From Pocillopora damicornis (Eukaryota), in the NCBI RefSeq assembly GCF_003704095.1, contig NW_020845316.1:496001-558326 (forward strand): a stretch of 62,326 bases of DNA. The letters are read 5' to 3'. Positions 50,948-62,326 of the stretch are shown here, in pieces. The notes beneath the pieces are model-generated. The model worked only from the letters and a program-made list of their open reading frames with translations, was not told the DNA's origin and did no database searches. The translations under genes were made by a program, and so were the position numbers. How positions within the stretch are numbered: position 1 is the first letter of the stretch; each line of letters starts with the position of its first letter.

Positions 50948-51939
50948 ATGAAACATTAAGAAATGTGGCGCCAATGTAACATAAGTTAACAAATTACTAA
51001 GATTCGGTGTACATTTTTTCGAACTACATCCCATGAACATTTATTTTAAGATGAAATTTTCATTATTCTGGAACACTTGATAACTTGAATTTTGAGCATC
51101 ATGGTATTCATGCATGGTTTTCACGGAGTCGCTCCTGATCATTCGGAAATAATTAAAATAAGGCTTATGCTACACTGTTAGGGGCTTATTTTACAACAGA
51201 ATTAGGAGAAATTTGTGAAGTATGTAGCCATAAAAAGGTAAATTTGAAGAGGAAAGAGTTTTTAGATGTGACATGGATTGTAAACGGGGTTAAAATTAAA
51301 TTTGTAAACATGAGGGGCCTTAGGCCCCCCCAAAAATTCGCAGCATGCATTCTACGGAGGCGCTATCATTTGTCATCAATTTAGAGAATTACGTTAACAC
51401 TTGCATTCCGTAGCTGTCCATTTGGCTCATTAAAACGGGACATGCCATGAAGATCAATCAACAGGTCACGAAGAATTAAACGTGCTCTTGAATTATGTAA
51501 AAAAAAAAGTAGATTAAAGCAGTAAAATATTGGAGAAAAAGATTTGCGTTTATTACAAATGCGTGTAGCCTCTTCAACAGTAATTTAAAATTTGTGGCAA
51601 AATAGTGCTGTATTTAAATACTCTTGTATTTCTGGGTATCATGAAACTCAGTCTCATTATAAATGAGAAGTATTACTTCAAATAAATTTCAAAGTTTCAC
51701 TGAGCGGTTGTTGTATCCGTGAACGGTAACGCTTTAGGGTTCATTTGCATATAAATTGCGTAACGTCATATGTTGTTTACTTGTGCGCGCCACATACAGC
51801 TGGGCAAGGAACCTTCCGTCCATTGTGGTTGGTTTTCATAAACATTAAAGGTTCACTTAATAATTCATGTTTCACCCTAAGCCCTAATGAAAATTTAGAA
51901 AAAACAATAAATCTTAGATCGGAATCACTTGGCGCGAGG

Positions 51940-52244
51940 CTGAGTTAGATGGTGTGTTGGAAAAGTAACACGAGACCCCGGCCTGTATATTAGGCAACAG
52001 TTTTTTGTATGACAGTGATGAACAGAAAGCAAAGGTCTCAAAAGCCATATCAGAAGTGGTCAATTTAGTTATGGATGTACATGGAGCTAAGGATGCACAT
52101 GGAACTTACCAACCGCTTATCAACAGCTCTTGAAAGAGTATCCGTGTGCCTGATTGGCTCTTGCTCTATTTTAAATTGCAAGCAAAATTGCCAGATGCTG
52201 CTTGGCAAACTCTTTTTAATCTCACTCAGCTTGGAAAAAGTAGG
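51940..52244 (+). pseudogene. Disrupted coding exon remnant, possibly transposase-derived
   Basis: Reads ELDGVLEK*HETPACILGNSFLYDSDEQKAKVSKAISEVVNLVMDVHGAK, then after frameshifts SIRVPDWLLLYFKLQAKLPDAAWQTLFNLTQLGKSR, ending at a strong donor AGG|gtaagt. Identity not established. Confidence 0.4.
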
Positions 52245-52548
52245 GTAAGTTTGACCTTATAACTCCAAGGTATTATGTTCAGAGTATAATGACTTTTTCT
52301 AATCCTTTGAAAAATTTAACGGCTCAATTGTTATCAAATTTGATGATTTCCAGTAATTTGAATCTAGATTTTAATCTCACGGGCAAGTAGCTAAAACCAA
52401 AAAACCTAAAATTTTCTATGACAAGAAGATAAAAAAGACCACCAAGATGATCCCAATGGATTCTAGTAAACCACACCTCTCACCCTTCCACCAAAGCCTT
52501 ATTTGTGGTCAGCAGGTGTTACCAGAAATAAGTTCTCTCAATTTCAAC

Positions 52549-52615
52549 GGTTTACGGTCAAGTCGCCCGAAACCAGAGTCACGTTGCCCGAAATTTCAAG
52601 TCATGTCGCCCGAAA
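52549..52615. repeat. Transposon-end-like sequence with three GT(C/T)GCCCGAAA subrepeats
   Basis: GGTTTACGGTCAAGTCGCCCGAAA..GTCACGTTGCCCGAAA..GTCATGTCGCCCGAAA. Confidence 0.6.
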
Positions 52616-55600
52616 TTTTATCGAGTGTTTAAACTTAAAGAAAAGCAACATCTTAAGTAAATCGCAAGGAATAAACTCGTAAAATGTTGACTCATGAAAC
52701 TCAGGTTGTTCGTTTCGCTCTCGTTTGATATCACGGAGAAAGTAATCCTAAAATAGAACACGAAAATAAAAAAAATTAAAAAATAGTAATAGCAGTTACA
52801 GTATGGTTCTAACTGTTGTTGTTTTACCTGTGGAAGCATTCTGTTTCGAACGAAGGTTCACATCACTATGTTTGGAACATTGGAAAACGCCGCCATCTTG
52901 AATACAGCATGTGCTCAAGAATCATCACATGGTCGCCAAGCAAGATTGTGACGTTGCGGTCATTTCAGACACGCATTAATACAAACATACTTATTGCTAG
53001 CAACTAAACCTAATCACACGCGAGGATGTGGGGGTTGTCCAAGTGATACCCGCCCCTTGAAAACGAATTCAAATGCCAACTTAAGGTAAGTTCGTTATGA
53101 AAAAAAAATACTTTTTACATATCTGGTTTTTTTTTTTTTATCGTGATAAAATAAACTATTCCTTTTAAACTATAATAATAATAATAATATTATTATAACT
53201 TGCCTAAACGCGAGCAAAACTAAAGAAAACTAATCTGTACGAACTGGTCCACGTGCTAGGTGCGTCGGTTCTCGTGCTCTCAGCAGCGGGGACCTGGTTA
53301 CTTGGGTTAGATGCCGCAAGAGAACATGCAACGCACAACCAATCTATTCTTACTCTGATTATTGCTAAACGGTAGCTGGCTTGGTCGATACCAGTCCCGC
53401 AGATACGATGCTGCCAAAAGCNNNNNNNNNNNNNNNNNNNNNNNNNNNNNNNNNNNNNNNNNNNNNNNNNNNNNNNNNNNNNNNNNNNNNNNNNNNNNNN
53501 NNNNNNNNNNNNNNNNNNNNNGCCACCGTACTGCGGTGCCGTACAGTGGGATCAGACAGCCGAGAAGGATGCTATTTACATCGAAAAAGATCTCTAACGG
53601 GGGCGAATCATTAGTCTTTTGCAATTAAGGGGTTGGGTGGGATATTTTTGGTGAGTGCTAGACTTGGTAACATATAAATATAACGAGCTAAAACACAAAC
53701 CTTTCATTCTGAGAATGACATCACAACTCTGCCTATCTGCCTGCCAACACTAACCGGAAGTAATGTAGCGCTCAGTTCCCAGAATTCCACTGAAACCTAA
53801 GCGTAATCTCGCCCTTATCACAACACTTTTTTAATCAGCTAACTTGGTGTGCTTTCTTCGTGGCATCACGACCTCAAGTTTTATGGCCTCGAACACCGCC
53901 TCAGCGACAGAAATAAGCGAAAGTTCAGGTATTAAGTTCCTTTCAATTTCAGCCTACGTTACAGCATGTGACTAGCTTAGATAATCATTCAGGACCCTGC
54001 TCAGGCCTCTTGAAAACATACTGAGATACTGTTGCATGCAGATGTCTTAATTAGACGAAAATAGCTTATTTCTCTGGATAATTTTTTTTTTATCGTATAC
54101 TACGCTCAAACCATGGTTGAATTACGTTCACAATCACTTAAAATCAATTATTTTCGACCAACTGGTAAATCCAACTGGTAAATCCAACTGGAATCGAACG
54201 GAACGGCGATCGATCGAATCTCGACCATTTCAGTTTTAGTATTCGGTTATAAGAAAGCAAACCTTTTTCAGAGTTAGGTGGTTGATATGATGATGACTTC
54301 CGCGCAGGTGCTTGTTGGAAACACAAGTCAGGTTATCACCGAATGAAGTTCTTTTTAATAGTTCCCTCATTCGCATGACCACACAATACAATCAGTTATA
54401 ACTCTATGGTTTAAACAAATTCGAATATTATGGGGTGTAAGTATGAAATTACGCCGTCTCAGCTGATTTCCACGGTCTTCGAGAACTCGAGAGGTTCGTG
54501 ACAAGTGTGAAATGGCAGGTAAATTGCCTTCTCGCAATTGTACGTAAATGTACATTTGTTGTTACAAATATTTTGAAGATCGATAGAAAGTCTAATGAGT
54601 ATTCCGCTTCTGTGCTCTCGAATACTTTCTGTTACCAACAGATATGTAATTTGATCTCTCAAAATTATTGTCTCCGTATAATATGTGATCAAAGAGTTAA
54701 AACATAAGAGTTAAAAATCTCTTATAGGAACGGGAACGAGAGCCCAGACTGCTACCGTCATTTTGGATTTCCGCCTGGGTAGATTTTGGTCACGTGCTAG
54801 GCAACGTATAGTCGAGAACAAGATATAATTTTATTCCAGCCCGAGCCTGCATAAAAAACTATCATTAATCGGTAATGTGACATTGAGGTGGAATGTCGGG
54901 TAAGATTTCCGTAAGGCCGCATCCTTCATTATGTATAAAGCTATTTAATGAAAGGAAACAATTTTTACCTTCGGGGCTAATGCTATATTTTAGAATAGTT
55001 TGGGGCTATACGGAAATCTTTCCGAATGTCGTGCTGTCTGTTTGTGTCACTCCTCCTGACCTTTAATTTTTAAAAGCATCACGTCACATAGATTTGTCAA
55101 TATCTTTTTACCCGCTAGACCTTAGAGCCTTGCTCGGTAGGTGCTTTTCTGGTGGAAAGCCTGCGATAAAGCTGCCTTTTCCTTTTGCGTCAATGATTTA
55201 AATCAGTTGTTACCTCTCCTAACCAAGTGATATGTGACATATCAGTCATATGATATGTTTGTGTCACTTTTGTAAACTCTAAGTCGGCCTAAACGAAATC
55301 TTTGCATCTGGGTTTCGCTGTTAAGTCGTTTCCTATCGACTGAATTGATTTTATAAAGTGCATAAAACGGAATTCAATATGGAGGCAGGAACTTCCGTAA
55401 GAAGTGATAGGGCATTACGAGATCGGTTCTAGAAGATATGTTGCGTGGATAGTTCCTCTAACACGACATTCCCTTTCTTGGCAAAAATTGCTAGATCTGT
55501 CATGGAGATAATGTTTCGATTCCACAGTTTTATGTTGCATGAAATTCAGCAGGTTCGATTTCGTACAACAAGCTGTGGAAGGAAAATGACCCCTGTATCC

Positions 55601-55776
55601 AATTTCACATCTTCTGTAACTGCGGTATGTAATGAGTGACCTATCGAGAGGCTTGTTGGCGCGTAAAAAGTAGACCGCAAAATTTAAATTCTCCCACAAA
55701 CAAACTGCATTTGCTATTCCGAGTCAAGTGCTTTATGTATAATCAGCATTTAACTCAGTCTTATCTGACGTGACAG

Positions 55777-57383
55777 TTCAAGAGGCACAAGAAAAAGAGA
55801 AAGTCAAGCATTGTTTCGCTGAGCCATGGGAGGACAGTGATGTGATCCTTGTTGTGGAAAATGAGCAGTTTCATGTCCATCGTCTGATATTAAGCATGAG
55901 CTCACCAGTGTTCAAGGCCATGTTCAAATCTCAGTTTAAGGAGGCAGCTGCTGATGAGATTCCGCTACCTGGAAAGAAACCCAATGAGGTGTTGGACTTC
56001 CTGATAAAAATGTATGGACCCCACCACTCCAAAACAGAACTGCAAATCACAAGTAAGGTGCTAACGGACTCTGCTTAGACTTCTTAGGCCCCTGATTCCC
56101 CAAGCAACCTTGCATCTTATAGACCAAGCTTTAATATAACCTCACTTAGACTATTGTAGCACTGGTTGAGGAACCTGTGCGGTAATTTAAAAGACAAGCT
56201 TCAAAAATTGCAGAATAAAGCAGCTCGCGTTATGATGATTCTCAAACTATGACGTTGATGCTGATCAATTGTTAGAAATTTTGGGGTAGAAAAATCTCGA
56301 CCGCCAGCGGACCAAACAAAAAGCCACTATGGCATTAAAATGCCTACATGGGTTAGCTCCGAACTCTTTATCATCGAAATTCCCTGAACGCAATACAATC
56401 TACATCCTGAGAATAATGCTCTAAAGCTGTGACTAAGCAAAGCCAAGGTGTTAGCTTTATCAGTTATTTCTAAATGGTTTGAGAATTTCCAGACGCACTC
56501 AGTCTTTCTCTTACTCTGTGGTCGAATAGCTTGAATTGCATATATTTTACCCATTATTTACTCATCAATCGCCAGTTATTGTGTAGTGTGCAGCTCGTTG
56601 AATGTAACCTCCTGTATAATGCTAGGATAGGTACCTACCGGTATGTAATAACAATTGTTTTCAGTGCGGTTGTGGTCTCTGTTCCGGCAGTTCATAGACA
56701 GTAGTCCACCATACATACCTTTTAATTGAGTGTTATATCTTTAACCATGCTTTTTGATCCTAGTGGAGAATGTGGAACATCTTCTACTCTTAAGTGATGA
56801 GTACCAAGTAACAGAACAGATTTTCAAACCCTGTGTTAAGTTCCTTGATGAGGAGCCAAAAACAAAGGAAAATGTCATGAAGATTCTAGCGCTCGCCGAG
56901 TTGTACAATTTAGAGAAAGTACGCCAAGACTGCGATGATCTGCTTAAGGGTTTGAGCCTCAAAACTCTTTCTGATACCGTTCAGTTTCAAAATATTGACA
57001 AGGATAAACTGCAGTATTTCTTAACGCAAAGAATTGAATTGTTAGAAGGATTACTAAAAGAGGTCTATCCACAATTCATTGGCTTGGCGGAATGTTGTAT
57101 GTGGTTGTGGGATGAAGAAGAAAAAGACATGCCAGATTTGTGCCCCACTCATTATAGTGATGGAAAACCAACTACTGATCTTGTTGATCGTTTCGAGGAA
57201 TGTAATAAATGCCGATTTGTGCTAGACAAAATTGCAAGATATACTGCCCCACAAAGACGGAGGGGCGGGTATTTGGAATTTTCTGGTACTTACGCTACTT
57301 ATTATGCTAGTAGGCATCGCTTTGACAGCAATGTGTCAGGTATTATTAACAAGTTCTCTCAGATAATGACTCAATTAAAATGA
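55777..57383 (+). CDS. BTB/POZ-domain protein, paralogue 2 (exons 55777-56052, 56764-57383; first exon unresolved)
   Basis: Highly similar to paralogue 1 with the same intron position (IT|M ENVE). Candidate upstream donors at 55397 and 55625 could not be joined unambiguously. Confidence 0.85.
56085..56400 (+). mobile_element. CR1/L2-clade LINE ORF2 C-terminal fragment, degraded, in the BTB-2 intron
   Basis: Translates with stops and frameshifts to PHLDYCST..LKDKLQKLQNKAARV..SNYDVDADQLLEILG*KNL..KCLHGLAP, the typical post-RT region of L2/CR1. Confidence 0.8.
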
Positions 57384-58690
57384 AAAATTAAGAAAGTCTT
57401 AAAGTAGTTGTTGAGAATCCCGGCAGAGGCAATGAAAAAATAGAAATATATTGAGCTGAAATAATATCTAATCGGACTTAGCATTTCCACCATACATCAT
57501 TAAGGGTTTTAGTGCATGCTTTCAAATGAACTGAATTTGTCATAGGTCTGTTATAGCTTACGTAGGTCTCATATCTTACATGTCGATTTTTGAAGAAACT
57601 AATGGATCCTAAGAGTTTGAATTTTACATATTTTACACATTATTTACTCATCGAACGCCGATTATCGATAACTGAATAAAAGCGGTTATTGTTAATGTGC
57701 AGCTTCTTGATCCTTGGAGCCTGTATTTTACAAGACTCTCGGCGTGCATTGTTAAAGATCGATCTAATTCTTGAAAGGTCGATTATTTTGTAATCAATAA
57801 AGAGTGGATTTTCTGTTAGATCAGTTTCGAACATTTGTAGTTGTAAAAGGTTAATTTGTAGACTATGAAATGCATGGACTTGTAGGTTAAATCGATTTGA
57901 GATGAATGATTTTGGAAAATAAAATATTTTAGAACATGAATGTATTTCTTGAACCTCATTGCATAAAGTTCTGTAATTTAAAATAGTTTATTAAAATAAA
58001 TTTTCTGAAGAAAGAAAAGGAGTTACAAAGATACAAAAGTACTTTGACGAACCTCATCAACACAAGAAGTTTTCCGAGTGACTTCTGCTTGTCCGTCCTT
58101 ATCCAAAATTTTTAGAATAAGAACGGAGATCTTCAAGAAGTCGGAAGGGACTCGAACCTTTTCAATGTAAATACACACATAGTCCAGTTGAGATTCTCCC
58201 AATAGTTTGCTCTTTTTGCTGATTTTTCGGGTGTTAGTCGTCTTTGAAGAGCCTTACAATGTGAGTCAAGATTTCTGCGATTGTTATCTCTGTTACGATT
58301 CAGGACTTGGCACGATTTTTAAGCTTTTTACCAAAACGTTTGAAATTTCTCGAATCTTTAGGGCCTGCTACTCAGTTCGCTTATTCGCCCATGCGGTGGA
58401 TATACTTTGAACGTTGCCATCCGGCTTGTTGGTCGCTTGCAAGTAACAAGAATAAAGTTGTTGTCATTCTAAGCACTTCGCTGCTCAGTCTCTTGGCGTT
58501 TTCATCTCAGCAAAACCAGCTGGACATAATCTTTCGCTCGGCCGATTCTAAAGTGTTAACAAACCGAGCGAACACTTAGCTATAGATGCCTGGTTTAGGA
58601 CCCGAAACGAGATAATACTGTAACGTAGTCACAAATAGAGACGCCAGTGACTCGAGACACGGAAACTTGAACTTACGTTTAACCTGTCTT

Positions 58691-58753
58691 TATGGGGCGC
58701 CATACTGCATATATATCAAAGGTTTGCAATAATGTCCAGTATGGCGCCCCATA
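58691..58753. mobile_element. 63-bp miniature TIR element, IS3EU-like
   Basis: Perfect 17-bp TIRs TATGGGGCGCCATACTG / CAGTATGGCGCCCCATA; perfect 6-bp TSD TGTCTT at 58685-58690 and 58754-58759. Confidence 0.8.
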
Positions 58754-58928
58754 TGTCTTCCCGTGCATTTAGTTTGACATAGTCAACCGTTTGAACTTTT
58801 TGCTTATCCCCATTGCCGTGACGGAAGCGTTACAAGGTGCTAGTCGATAAGTTCTTGACAGTAGCACGGAAATTAGGTTTTTTGATTGTATAAGACCGTG
58901 GGTTTTTAGTGATTTAAAGAATACACAG

Positions 58929-59280
58929 TGTTACGAGTGTCGATGTAGAGCAGGGTTGTTCCTAGACAAAACTCAGGATCGTCAGTAACAACAACAAACT
59001 GTTTTATTTCCGCGTAGCTGACTTCTTGTTTTTATAGCACTAAACTTCTCTCTGTTCGACGGAACTGTCGCTCTTATATACATAAAGTATAAGGATCTAG
59101 AAACTTCTCTAAAGAACTAAATTTAGTAGATTAACGGGGTTTCTAAATTTGAACAATTACGTAAGAAATAGAACGTTCCAGAATGTTCTTTTTACCAGAA
59201 GGTCACGTCTAGATGACTTCGGGTTCTAGAATGTTCTATTAGAATGTTCTGGGACTTTACTTAGACAATTTTTCGTAACA
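58929..59280 (-). mobile_element. Solo LTR (352 bp), BEL/Pao- or Gypsy-type
   Basis: 8-bp inverted termini TGTTACGA...TCGTAACA; 5-bp flanks CACAG/CATAG; minus-strand TATATAA (59080-59074) followed by AATAAA (59008-59003), i.e. U3-R-U5 order. Confidence 0.8.
59170..59250. promoter_or_regulatory. Heat-shock elements in the LTR U3 region
   Basis: aGAAcgTTCcaGAAtgTTCt (59170-59189, four alternating nGAAn units), gTTCtaGAAtgTTCt (59223-59237), aGAAtgTTCt (59241-59250). Confidence 0.7.
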
Positions 59281-59363
59281 CATAGTGACCATCGAACTGA
59301 CCCGTGTGATTGTTTGTCGCGAGATCATTTACGACACCATACATATGTAAGCTTAGAGAAATT

Positions 59364-59443
59364 CGGTGTCACGGCGGATTTGGACCACCCGGTCCAAATC
59401 CGCTAGCGGATATGGACCCCTCTTCGCAGATTTGGACCCCCCC
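59364..59443. repeat. Transposon-end-like GGATTTGGACC repeats with a perfect 13-bp hairpin
   Basis: GCGGATTTGGACC-accc-GGTCCAAATCCGC at 59374-59403, followed by two more direct units. Confidence 0.7.
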
Positions 59444-60413
59444 CGGCTACCAAACTTTCCTTTTAAGCATCGTTTGTATCATATTCGGTAACTAATTCTA
59501 TTTGCAAGCTTTCTGTCGATGTTTTTTTCAATCACAACACAAAATTCCTCGATAAAGAAATTGAAATTATAACAATAAATCTCTGCTTCTTCTGATGCGA
59601 ATCAACATCGATACGAAACGTCATAACAATAGTGCAGACTATTGCGTCCAGTCACAAAAATAACTCAGTCTGATTTNNNNNNNNNNNNNNNNNNNNNNNN
59701 NNNNNNNNNNNNNNNNNNNNNNNNNNNNNNNNNNNNNNNNNNNNNNNNNNNNNNNNNNNNNNNNNNNNNNNNNNNNNNNNNNNNNNNNNNNNNNNNNNNN
59801 NNNNNNNNNNNNNNNNNNNNNNNNNNNNNNNNNNNNNNNNNNNNNNNNNNNNNNNNNNNNNNNNNNNNNNNNNNNNNNNNNNNNNNNNNNNNNNNNNNNN
59901 NNNNNNNNNNNNNNNNNNNNNNNNNNNNNNNNNNNNNNNNNNNNNNNNNNNNNNNNNNNNNNNNNNNNNNACACTTGGGCATTGAACAATAACAAATTAA
60001 ATTAGTGTCATAAGTTTGTCTCTTACTGAATCTAGCGGTTTTCGACTATCGCGGAAAAGGTTCAAAAACGACCTTTCTCCGAACATTGAACTAANNNNNN
60101 NNNNNNNNNNNNNNNNNNNNNNNNNNNNNNNNNNNNNNNNNNNNNNNNNNNNNNNNNNNNNNNNNNNNNNNNNNNNNNNNNNNNNNNNNNNNNNAAAACA
60201 TTCCGTTTAGAACTAAAATACAATAAGCTTGTGTAGTCGTCACAGTAAGCGGAAGGATTGAAGTCGAGAAACAATGCAGGAAAATTGAAGCTGGAACTTA
60301 TCACAGTTTTTATCACGTTTATTGCATAAAAGCGACGATCGATTTAACATAATATACTTCGGATATCTGAGAGTGCACACACAGTCTGCAGTTCTCCTCA
60401 CATTATTACTCAC

Positions 60414-60668
60414 ATGTAATTTCATCTCTATCTTTCATGTACAATTGCTTCAGGAAGTTCAACGCCTCATCTGCCTTCTTCTCTGGTAATGGGATCTCTT
60501 TGGCTTCTGCTTCCTTAAATTGGGTACTCAACATGGCTTTAAAAACTGGCGAGTGGATGCTCAGTATCTGTCGATGGACGTGGAATCTTTCATTTTCCAC
60601 CACAAGCACCAAATCACTATCCTCCCAAGACTCCGAAAAGGGATTTGTATCCTTTTTGTCATGTAATA
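60414..60668 (-). CDS. BTB/POZ-domain exon, paralogue 3 (partial; other exons not found)
   Basis: PFSESWEDSDLVLVVENERFHVHRQILSIHSPVFKAML..EIPLPEKKADEALNFLKQLY..EIT|gtgagt, with the same phase-1 donor position as paralogues 1 and 2. Acceptor at 60668 or 60680. The C-terminal exon is not visible and may lie in the N-gaps. Confidence 0.8.
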
Positions 60669-62326
60669 CTGAAACAAAACCTGAAATTCAACGATGTAAT
60701 CCATTAACTTCCCTTTTCTTCTATTGATCTTTTACTGAGTTTGGATCTACGGCCATTGAGACCCAGGTAAAATGATGGCCTGCAGTGCATTACGTAGATC
60801 AAACAGTTTCTGACGCAATTTTCCTAAACACCAAATTATAGGTCATGTTTGAGCAGAATACGAGTAACAGTCTCAAGGAGTTACTTTACGAATACAAAAC
60901 AAGCATGAACTTAAAGGAGATCACAAAAAAAATCATTTGTTAAGATGGAAAAGGACAAGAGAGGTAATGACAAGTAAAAAAGGAATAAATGGTTGAAAAT
61001 AGGAACTTTGAAACGGAATGCTTTTACGTCAGTAAATGTGAATTAGCTTCATATCAAGTAAGTATAAGAAAGCGTCTTCATGTTAGCAATAATCAATCAG
61101 AAATGTACGTTCACTAAGATAATATAAACTAAGAGGACTTAACTCCGTGACTCATGATAATTATTTAAAGTCTATTTTAAATTTCGCAACATGCTGGGAA
61201 GTTATTCTTATTTATGCCTCCCATGAAAACGCGGTTAACGATCTCAATATCTTCTGTATTGTCTTATTATTGAAAAAATTATAAACGTTTGCTTCACCAT
61301 TCGAATACTTACCTTTATTGATTTATAGGCACACAGATTAATGAATAAACAAAAAATCGTGCCAAACCGGTAGTTTTGGTTAGCTTAACTTCTGCTATTA
61401 TCTTGATATTTTTTCATTTCTCGCAAACGGCAGGAGGTCATAAAAACAAAGTCATCTACCAATCTCTCCATTATTAATAAAGGTAAAAAGCTCACCGAGT
61501 TTAGCATGAAGCTAGTAAGTGTCACTAAATAAGCAAAAATTTTTTCCGAGTTATCTTCGTCGTGGAGGGTCGTCTTTGTCTATCTTTCTCAAAAAACTCT
61601 AAGAATCCAATTTGAAAGTTTGGGATATCTGCTTCTTAGTTTTGCTCTTTTTACTCGTTTTCGTACCTTTTCTTTTATGTGTTTCAAATTTTTCTTCAAG
61701 AGACATTTTGACAATCAAGACAAACTTTTAAATTTTGAGCAGTGAAATACGGCCCGCAAAATGAACCAATCATAGTGGACGTACTAACTGAGAGATATAA
61801 TAAATATATGTTATTCGCCAACTGGGAGGTCCGTATTGGGAAAACTGTGCCCGGGGTCTTGAGTACCGCCCGAGGCACTAGGCTGGTGAATGACATTTTT
61901 ATTTTTTCCCTTAAACTTAACTAAATTTAGTCTTCCAAAAACTGAACAATTTTTGAGCGAGTGGATGGTAGTTAAAATAGAATTAATGCAAATTAAAGAA
62001 AGTGGCTTCACCGAAACTTTTTCATTTACGTTATGATAAAGGTGATTTAAAAGGCGTTCAAACAAAGTTTGAAACATTTATTTTTACAACTATCTGTCAC
62101 AATCTGACAACTGTCAATTAGAGAGCGCGTAAGAAAAAAAAAGCGCATGTACCCTTTTGAAAAAAGAACGGAACTAGTTTAGCAAGGACTGTCACGACAA
62201 TGTTTTCTTCAAAAATAGTCAATGACGTTACGGAAAGTATTATTCGTCCTTATCGACAATTAATAAATGTACGAAGATTTACCCTTGTTCAGTTAGTAAA
62301 TGGCAAGGAAAGTAATTGTAAGTTAA

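Noticed and set aside
59639-60316. ORFs spanning poly-X
   Set aside because: Artefacts of N-gaps.

Overview
AT-rich, intron-rich animal DNA with five N-gaps. The repeat families and gene content resemble a scleractinian coral; this is recognition from memory, not a search result. Because the genes are spliced, most ORF-track entries are spurious or single exons. I reconstructed ten spliced genes by hand. In order: two tandem, divergent K50 homeobox genes on the minus strand (~1.6-3.4 kb and ~9.4-11.4 kb; their homeobox exons are absent from the ORF track); a 9-coding-exon SLCO4-type OATP transporter with one GC-AG intron; a head-to-head pair of SH3BGRL paralogues with identical 51/168/66-nt exons; UPRT head-to-head with spermine synthase (SMS), which carries two U12 minor-spliceosome introns; and three BTB-domain paralogues. 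There is also an inverted partial copy of one SH3BGRL exon. Mobile DNA includes many TTAA/piggyBac-like MITEs, a 352-bp solo LTR with heat-shock elements, a 63-bp IS3EU-like miniature, an Academ-like MITE, SINE and CR1/L2 remnants, and a fold-back element with decayed hammerhead-ribozyme cores. The most interesting candidates are the ANTP/NK-like homeobox pair with K50 and a 46/47 intron, the HSE-bearing LTR and the hammerhead fold-back.
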